From: Eledone cirrhosa
Taxonomy: Eukaryota
DNA: 64,000 nucleotides
Assembly: GCA_964016885.1 (NCBI GenBank)
Contig: OZ024745.1
Location: forward strand, 27,404,001-27,468,000
Reading direction: 5' to 3'
A model generated the notes under the pieces. That model was given only the letters and a program-made list of their open reading frames with translations, did no database searches and was not told the DNA's origin. Made by a program: the position numbers and the translations under genes. Below are positions 54,004-64,000 of the stretch, piece after piece (within the stretch, counting starts at the first letter, position 1; the number at the start of each line of letters is the position of its first letter).

Positions 54004-54743
54004 TTGCACTTCAGCTGTCTGTATCTGTTTATGTATTTACGTGTAGTTGTGTCTGTACGTAACTAAAGTTACAAATGGACGATTAAGTGATTTTAACTTG
54101 ATTTTTAACAATTGATGGTGGAAAAGGTTTCAAATTGTCTTAACTCAGACCGTAAAAGGCTGCAACTGATGGTGTCTGACACTCTTACCGGCTACATAGC
54201 ATGGAAGTTTATTTTACCGGGACCGGCTACATAGCCTCTTCCTAAATTCTTTCAGAGAAAAAAAAAAAAAAGAGCTGGTAGCATCGACCTTTATAGCAAA
54301 AAAATATGTTTATATTTGTTTATCAACGACATTATATTTGTAATGTTATTTATGTATATATTTGAAACTTAAGTATATACATAAATGACATTACAAATAT
54401 AATTGTTTCTACTTTTGGCACAAGGCCAGCAATTACCCAGTGCAAAATAAAGTACCAGTAATGCACTGGTTGATTGCTGGCCTTGTGCCAAAAGTAGAAA
54501 CAATTATATTTGTAATGTTATTTATGTATATACTTAAAACTTATGGGAACGGTTTTAGATAGAAATGGATGTAAACATTTTCCTTTTCTTGTTTGTTTTT
54601 GTACGGAATTAATGAATATGGCTGGAAATAATGGAATATGTAACAACATGATAGAACTGTGGCCCAAATGATTAAAATACTAAAGAAATCTATGAGATAC
54701 AACCTCATAGAAGCCTCCATCTCTCACTATTATAAGCAAATGG

Positions 54744-55479
54744 GGCGATATCCAATTTAGCTGTCTAAATGCCGCTTACTTGCTGCAGTTGCTGCTTACT
54801 TCAATGTATGAGGCTATTCCAACAAATTTACATTCCCCTTTTTTCGATTTATTTACCATTGGGGCATAGATTTCTTTATTTGCCCCTTTTATGTTTGTTT
54901 GTTTTTTTGCGATTTATTAGCCTTTTGGGGTCACACACGCCCCCGTAGAAAGTGTGCGACCTTTCTGCCAGGGAGCACAGAGAGAGGGGGGTGCTCCCTT
55001 CTTCTCTTACCTGTACAAGCCGATATAGAGAGATGGCCCACTTACACGGGCCATTATTGCTACTTTCACCCATCTTTCATGGAATTGGCTGGGACTGAGT
55101 GCCTTTTTCGGGTGAAAGTAGCAATAATGGCCCGTGTAAGTGGGCCATCTCTCTATATCGGCTTGTACAGGTAAGAGAAGAAGGGAACACCCCCCTCTCT
55201 CTGTACTCCCTGGCAGAAAGGTCGCACACTTTCTACGGGGGTGTGTGACCCCAAAAGGCTAATAAATCGCCAAAAAACAAACAAACAAAAAAGGGGCAAA
55301 TAAAGAAATCTATGCCCCAGTGGCAAATAAATCGCAAAAAAATAAATAAATAAATCTATATTTCTTTTAACGGCTAAAAAAAGGGGGAATGTAAATTTGT
55401 TGGAATAGCCTCATACATTGAAGTAAGCAGCAACTGCAGCAAGTAAGCGGCATTTAGACAGTTAAAATTGGATATCGCC
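54744..55479. mobile_element. Fold-back non-autonomous DNA transposon, Merlin-like
   Basis: ~325-bp near-perfect TIRs starting GGCGATATCC, a ~40-bp spacer and an exact 8-bp TSD GCAAATGG (54736-54743 and 55480-55487). Confidence 0.88.
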
Positions 55480-56274
55480 GCAAATGGGGTCCTAAGCGCT
55501 GGACAGAATAGAGAAGGCGTTTCCTCGGAGGGTGGTAAGGGAAATGCGCTGGAAAAGCCAGGAAATGTATTGAATGTCTGAGAAATGCAACATGTGGCTG
55601 TAAATACTTCCTGATGAGTTTAATGAAACCGTGTAAGCACTTATATAAGAAAATTCTCAACTTCTTTCGTGCTCAGAAATTTTGAAGTGTAGTGTATATC
55701 ACGTGGTAGATTTCAAATCTGAACATTGTCAACTTTTTCTAAAATAATTCCTTGAATCAAGATAGAAGAATGAAAAACAATAAGAGATTACTCACCATAA
55801 TAATTGTTTCTGATTTAGGCACAAGGCCAACAATTTTAAGGAGAGGAAAAAGTCGATTAAATCGACCCCAGTGCAATAATAATAATAATGTGTGTGTGTG
55901 TGTGTACTGGTGGAAATGTCTCTGAGGTAGGTGGGCTAGCTGGCTGGTTGGTTGTTTATATTCGGTTAGAAGAGAGAATGACGGTATGCCATCACAAATA
56001 ACCAACTTTTCTTTTAGGTCACATATAAAGATATTTATTTGTGTTCATGAGCTGCCGCCATACGTGGTTTGGAAGTCTTCAAACTGTGCTGTTGTTGTTG
56101 TTATTTAAAAGCTGTATATTTGATATTCTTCGACCGGAGTTTTTTTTCCTTTAGATATATTGTCGATATTTTAGTTATGTTTTCTGGCGGAAGAAAAGTA
56201 CTGGTTAGAGCGTCGAACATGCTTTGCGACATAGTTATGTCCCTTTGCGTATTGAGTTTAAATCATGCCGAGAC

Positions 56275-56660
56275 TATAATAATTTCTACTTTTGGCACAA
56301 GGCCGGCATTTACCCCAGTGCATTACTGGTACTTTATTTTATCGACTGTGTAAGGATGAAAGGCAAAGTTGACCGTGGCGGGATTTGAACTAAGAATGGC
56401 AAGGACCGTAACTATGCATCAAAGCATGGGGTCCAACCCTCTAATAATGGTTTCCGATTTAGGCACAAGGCCAGTAATTTGGGAGGAGAGAAAAGTCAAT
56501 TAAATCGACTGCAACACGTGACTGATACTTGATTTTATCGACCCCGTAAGGATGAAAGGCAAAGCTAACCTCGACAGGATTTGAACGCAAAACGTAAAGG
56601 GCCGTGACTCTATGCTGCAAGCATGGTGTCCGACGCCTAACCGATACTACCAATCCAATA
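56275..56660 (-). mobile_element. Two tandem tRNA-derived SINEs
   Basis: The family consensus occurs twice on the minus strand. Confidence 0.82.
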
Positions 56661-57573
56661 TACAAAAGTCAAGAAAGTGAACAGTGTATGAGTCATAATA
56701 CACACACACACACATGCATGTTATATTTGCTTTTCAACCTTACGGGGTAGTTTTATTCGATTTTCCCCTCCCTTTAAATTGCTGGCTTTATGCCAAACGT
56801 AGAAACCATTATTAAATCCTCCATATCATTTTCATGTGTTTCCAATGTCAACAAAGGAATTTATATGGTAGAGTAAAGACACAAACACTTTACATTTGGT
56901 AGAGTTCCGTTGTTTGTATTAGAAACTCAAAACTTCTTTTATTGTGATAAATACTTTTTTTTCCAGTCTTTAACTAAAGCAAGGCATTGTATTTACGAAA
57001 AGAAACCCTTTATGTTCTACTGAACGAGACTAAATGCTAGAAAACATTTTGTCCAATGCTCTAACAATTCTACCAATTGCAAATCACAATGTGGTTTTAA
57101 TTACTACAAATATATAAGACTTATCTAACGGTCTAAAGCCTGTATCAAGCCTGGAGGCTCATCGGGTTGGTATTGATACCTTGGCAGTATTCAATAACAA
57201 CTGAATATATTGGAACAACGTGAAATGAACTGTTTTTCTAAAGAACACAATGCACAAGCCGGTCAAGGAATCGAACCCGTGTTATTACGATCGTAAGCAT
57301 CCTACCCACTAGGTCATGTGCCCCTACCATGAGCCTAGTGAGGTTCACTAAATGAAAATGAGACAAAAATTGTAACAATAATTTTACATACCTGTGATAA
57401 AGTAGCAGTCTATTGTCTAGTCGTATCAATGCACCATCATTGGGTTTTTTTTCTCAATATAAACTTTCCCATGTGACTGTTAAACTATACTGACCAGCTT
57501 ACAATATTTACAGCACACTAATAACATTAATCCTATTGTCATGCAAATCCTGACTTTAAGTGTGTGGTTATGT

Positions 57574-57669
<96 letters not shown>

Positions 57670-57994
57670 AGGCTAATCTAAATATGAATTAATCGCCAAC
57701 AAAATATATTTCACATAATTATACAATATAAATAAACACAATTCATATTTTTAAAATATGGGAGAAGACACGCAGACTCAATCACAAGGGGCACTGGAGT
57801 TTCCCTCTAATAAATTTTGACGCAAGAACAACTAAGACACTGAAATAAGCAAGCACCCTTACAAACATCACTTGGCACGTCAGTGAGACAAGCTACTAAC
57901 AAAGATAAGAATCTTGTCGGCAAAGATAAGAATCTTGTAGAAATACTTTGTAGCTAGTAGTGGTAGTAGCTTCCTGAACCTTTTCCAGCCAGTT

Positions 57995-58535
57995 CTTCTC
58001 TTCTTCTTCACCCACTTATTCCTGAGAGGGCCACAGGGGCAGAGTCCTCAAACACTCCTTCCAGCAGGTCCTGTGAGAAGCAATCATTTCTGGCTGGATC
58101 CCCAAGTGAGACCAGCCGAGCTCAAGGTTGTTATACAACCATCTTGCTTGGGGTCTGCCCCAGGGACACCAACCAGTTGGTTTTGCCCATAAAATCTATC
58201 CAGCGATTTTCTTTTTCTTGAGACATTCTAATCACATGCCCATAGTACAAGAGCTGTGATCTCTCAATTTCGAGAAGTAGCAACTCTCTGATTTCCAAGC
58301 GACACACTCCAAAAACCCCATTTCAACCGCTTGCATTTGCGATCATATTCTTTTAGTCATTACCTAAGATTCATGACCATAGGTAAGGGTTGGCACAAAC
58401 ACTGAATTGAAGATAGCAAGTTTGACTTTTACACCTACCTTCCTTCTTCTGATTACCGAATGCTGAAGCTGACACATTCTTACACTTAACTCAGCCTCCT
58501 ACTTTCCCTCACTCATGAATACAGCCCCGAGATAC
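57995..58535 (-). mobile_element. RTE-clade LINE 3' fragment
   Basis: Reverse strand reads YLGAVFMSEGK...AIFNSVFVPTLTYGHES...YYGHVIRMSQE, followed by a (GAA)n tail. Confidence 0.82.
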
Positions 58536-59674
58536 TAGAACTTCTGTTCTGCTAGAGAACGGGTTGCAGGTGGTAAATAGTGATATGGCCACCAGTTATT
58601 ATGATTAAATGTAATATAAGCAGGCTCCTGATGGACAAATAAGCAACAGTGGTAAACTACTAGGGGAGATGGATGACACCTGTAGCTCCCAAGAAAACTC
58701 TTACAACCCAGTGATGTTATTATGACAAGGCCAGTAATGACCACCTCTAAAAAGCCTAATCTTTGCATGTTTAAGAAAGTACCAGATTGGTGACCGGCAT
58801 GAATAAGACCACCAAAACTGTAATATTGGAGGTGTGTGATGGACGCACAAAGATTGCATATCTTGAGACCTCAGAGGGTTCAGAAGGGGCAAACTTTTAT
58901 AATTGGAACCTCACTCTGGCTACTATATTTTTAGAACACCAACCTCCACTGCTAATTTTATCCCCCAATTAGTAGAAGCTGTCAACTACCTCTAGGGAGC
59001 TATCTGAACATTTGATAGGGATTGTTTCATGTTAGCTCTTGTTGCTCACTGTTCCTCTGTATGTGTCACATACAAAACCTATATTTTTTGCTAGCCTGCC
59101 TAAGATCTCGCAACATCTCTTGTGTATTATTTTTTTTACAATAATGTGGAATTTCTACCTACTCCTTTCATGGCTGACAAATAAAGCCATTTACCCGAGG
59201 GAATCAGGGTGCTCCTTTCATTTACACTTACTAGGACTTAAGTCTTTGCTAAGTTCACTTTCAGGGTTTTTGATTCCAGGTCCATAATATCTTCTCTGAT
59301 TTTGCTACAGGCTTGACTGCGAGGACTTGGTTATTAGAATATTCCATTGCAATTAATAAAGTAATTTGCTTTGATATATTTGATTTAATTGTCAACACTG
59401 TAAAAGTATAATGGTGGTGAAATTACTAAATGAAAACTCAAAATGAAGGAGGAGTTGGAGAAACCTAGGATTGCAATCCTAGGTTTTTCCAACTCCTCCT
59501 TCATTTTGAAGAGGAATTTGACCTGGGTCCCTGAGAACCACTAATCTAGTTGGTCTTCATTTATGTTGTTGTTGGTTTATAATTGAATACACAGACAATG
59601 GTTAGTAACATTCTAGGTACAATCCCTGCTTTTGATGTTTTTATCAATGTTTATATTCTTAAATAGTGACAAAA

Positions 59675-62600
59675 CAATAATGTAGCAATCTACACACAAC
59701 AATAATGTAGCAATCTACACACAACAACAATAATGTAGCAATCTACACACAACAACAATAATGTAGCTATCTACACACAACAACAATAATGTAGCTATCT
59801 ACACACAACAACAATAATGTAGCTATCTACACACAACAACAATAATGTAGCTATCTACACACAACAACAATAATGTAGCTATCTACACACAACAATAATG
59901 TAGCAATCTACACACAACAATAATGTAGCTATCTACACACAACAATAATGTAGCAATCTACACACAACAATAATGTAGCAATCTACACACAACAATAATG
60001 TAGCTATCTACACACAACAATAATGTAGCAATCTACACACAACAATAATGTAGCTATCTACACACAACAATAATGTAGCAATCTACACACAACAACAATA
60101 ATGTAGCAATCTACACACAACAATAATAATGTAGCAATCTACACACAACAATAATAATGTAGCAATCTACACACAACAACAATAATGTAGCTATCTACAT
60201 ACAACAATAATGTAGCTATCTACACAACAATAATGTAGCAATCTACACACAACAATAATGTAGCTATCTACACACAACAATAATGTAGCAATCTACACAC
60301 AACAATAATGTAGCTATCTACACACAACAATAATGTAGCAATCTACACACAACAACAATAATGTAGCAATCTACACACAACAATAATAATGTAGCAATCT
60401 ACACACAACAATAATAATGTAGCAATCTACACACAACAACAATAATGTAGCCATCTACACACAACAATAATGTAGCAATCTACACACAACAATAATGTAG
60501 CAATCTACACACAACAATAATGTAGCAATCTACACACAACAACAATAATGTAGCAATCTACACACAACAATAATGTAGCAATCTACACACAACAACAATA
60601 ATGTAGCAATCTACACACAACAATAATGTAGCAATCTACACACAACAACAATAATGTAGCTATCTACACACACAACAATAATGTAGCAATCTACACACAA
60701 CAACAATAATGTAGCTATCTACACAACAATAATGTAGCAATCTACACACAACAACAATAATGTAGCTATCTACACAACAATAATGTAGCTATCTACACAC
60801 AACAATAATGTAGCAATCTACACACAACAATAATGTAGCAATCTACACACAACAACAATAATGTAGCAATCTACACACAACAACAATAATGTAGCTATCT
60901 ACACACAACAACAATAATGTAGCTATCTACACACAACAATAATGTAGCTATCTACACACACAACAATAATGTAGCAATCTACACACAACAACAATAATGT
61001 AGCTATCTACACACACAACAATAATGTAGCTATCTACACACACAACAATAATGTAGCAATCTACACACAACAACAATAATGTAGCTATCTACACACACAA
61101 CAATAATGTAGCTATCTACACACACAACAATAATGTAGCAATCTACACACAACAACAATAATGTAGCAATCTACACACAACAACAATAATGTAGCTATCT
61201 ACACACAACAACAATAATGTAGCAATCTACACACAACAATAATGTAGCAATCTACACACAACAACAATAATGTAGCAATCTACACACAACAACAATAATG
61301 TAGCTATCTACACACAACAACAATAATGTAGCTATCTACACACAACAATAATGTAGCTATCTACACACACAACAATAATGTAGCAATCTACACACAACAA
61401 CAATAATGTAGCTATCTACACACACAACAATAATGTAGCTATCTACACACAACAACAATAATGTAGCTATCTACACACAACAACAATAATGTAGCAATCT
61501 ACACACAACAACAATAATGTAGCTATCTACACACAACAATAATGTAGCAATCTACACACAACAATAATGTAGCAATCTACACACAACAACAATAATGTAG
61601 CTATCTACACACACAATAATAATGTAGCTATCTACACACACAACAATAATGTAGCTATCTACACACAACAATAATGTAGCTATCTACACAACAATAATGT
61701 AGCAATCTACACACAACAATAATGTAGCTATCTACACACAACAACAATAATGTAGCAATCTACACACAACAATAATGTAGCAATCTACACACAACAACAA
61801 TAATGTAGCAATCTACACACAACAATAATGTAGCAATCTACACACAACAACAATAATGTAGCAATCTACACACAACAATAATGTAGCAATCTACACACAA
61901 CAATAATGTAGCAATCTACACACAACAACAATAATGTAGCTATCTACACACACAACAATAATGTAGCTATCTACACACAACAACAATAATGTAGCAATCT
62001 ACACACAACAACAATAATGTAGCAATCTACACACAACAATAATGTAGCAATCTACACACAACAATAATGTAGCAATCTACACACAACAACAATAATGTAG
62101 CTATCTACACACACAACAATAATGTAGCAATCTACACACAACAACAATAATGTAGCAATCTACACACAACTATAATGTAGCTATCTACACACAACAACAA
62201 AATGTAGCAATCTACACACAACAACAATAATGTAGCAATCTACACACAACAACAATAATGTAGCTATCTACACACACAACAATAATGTAGCAATCTACAC
62301 ACAACAACAATAATGTAGCAATCTACACACAACAATAATGTAGCAATCTACACACAACAATAATGTAGCTATCTACACACAACAACAATAATGTAGCAAT
62401 CTACACACAACAATAATGTAGCTATCTACACACAACAATAATGTAGCAATCTACACACAACAATAATGTAGCAATCTACACACAACAATAATGTAGCAAT
62501 CTACACACTACAATAATGTAGCAATCTACACACAACAACAATAATGTAGCAATCTACACACAACAATAATGTAGCAATCTACACACAACAATAATGTAGC

Positions 62601-64000
62601 TATCTACACACAACAATAATGTAGCTATCTACACACAACAATAATGTAGCAATCTACACACAACAACAATAATGTAGCTATCTACACACAACAATAATAA
62701 TGTAGCAATCTACACACAACAACAATAATGTAGCTATCTACACACAACAACAAAATGTAGCAATCTACACACAACAATAATGTAGCTATCTACACACAAC
62801 AATAATGTAGCAATCTACACACTACAATAATGTAGCAATCTACAAACAACAATAATGTAGCAATCTACACACAACAATAATGTAGCAATCTACACACAAC
62901 AACAATAATGTAGCTATCTACACACAACAACAACAATGTAGCAATCTACACACAACAACAATAATGTAGCAATCTACACACAACAATAATAATGTAGCTA
63001 TCTACACACAACAACAATAATGTAGCTATCTACACACACAACAATAATGTAGCAATCTACACACAACAATAATGTAGCAATCTACACACAACAACAATAA
63101 TGTAGCTATCTACACACAACAATAATGTAGCAATCTACACACAACAATAATGTAGCAATCTACACACAACAACAATAATGTAGCTATCTACACACAACAA
63201 TAATGTAGCAATCTACACACAACAATAATGTAGCAATCTACACACAACAACAATAATGTAGCAATCTACACACAACAATAATGTAGCAATCTACACACAA
63301 CAACAATAATGTAGCAATCTACACACAACAATAATAATGTAGCAATCTACACACAACAATAATAATGTAGCAATCTACACACAACAACAATAATGTAGCT
63401 ATCTACACACAACAATAATGTAGCAATCTACACACAACAATAATAATGTAGCTATCTACACACAACAACAATAATGTAGCAATCTACACACAACAATAAT
63501 AATGTAGCAATCTACACACAACAACAATAATGTAGCAATCTACACACAACAACAATAATGTAGCAATCTACACACAACAACAATTATGTAGCTATCTACA
63601 CACAACAACAATAATGTAGCTATCTACACACAACAATAATGTAGCAATCTACACACAACAACAATAATGTAGCTATCTACACACAACAACAATAATGTAG
63701 CTATCTACACACAACAATAATGTAGCTATCTACACACAACAATAATGTAGCTATCTACACACAACAACAATTATGTAGCTATCTACACACAACAACAATA
63801 ATGTAGCTATCTACACACAACAATAATGTAGCTATCTACACACAACAATAATGTAGCTATCTACACACAACAACAATAATGTAGCAATCTACACACAACA
63901 ACAATAATGTAGCTATCTACACACAACAACAATAATGTAGCTATCTACACACACAACAATAATGTAGCAATCTACACACAACAACAATAATGTAGCTATC
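59675..64000. repeat. Satellite array of 25/28-bp units AATAATGTAGC(A/T)ATCTACACACAAC(AAC), running off the window end
   Basis: Period 25 (e.g. ATCTAC at 59881, 59906, 59931), with +AAC and +/-CA variants; >4.3 kb. Confidence 0.96.

Noticed and set aside
51020-54700. Retinoic acid response element upstream of the CYP26-like gene
   Set aside because: No convincing DR5/DR2 (A/G)G(G/T)TCA pair found by eye; the region is largely transposon-derived.
55611-55640. CTGATGAGTTTTAATGAAACCGTGTA hammerhead-like string
   Set aside because: The stem II loop would be only 2 nt and no stem I pairing is present.
59675-64000. CRISPR-like array (short palindromic repeats)
   Set aside because: No unique spacers, no cas genes and a eukaryotic context; it is a tandem satellite.

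Overview
Repeat-dense animal genomic DNA. The SINE set, abundant (TA)n/(CA)n microsatellites and gene content resemble an octopus/cephalopod genome, which is an inference. Two spliced genes lie on the minus strand. One is the first four coding exons of a vesicular monoamine transporter-like SLC18A gene (11360->6699, with no later exons recognisable in the window). The other is a complete 4-exon, ~490-aa CYP26-like cytochrome P450 (51017->40555) with a non-canonical I-helix. The rest is mobile and repetitive DNA: tRNA-derived SINEs, RTE-type LINE pieces, five CRE-like (RLE-type) non-LTR fragments (one near full length with a PHD finger), a 5'-truncated Penelope-like (GIY-YIG) element, hAT and mariner MITEs, a Helitron, a Merlin-like foldback element, many mini/microsatellites and a >4.3 kb 25/28-bp satellite. 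The most notable signal is a set of minimal type-I hammerhead ribozyme motifs from several families, including U3-A8 core variants. They sit in short, often fold-back, Penelope-type modules embedded in or abutting (TA)n tracts. Nearly all ORFs in the supplied track are simple-repeat artefacts.
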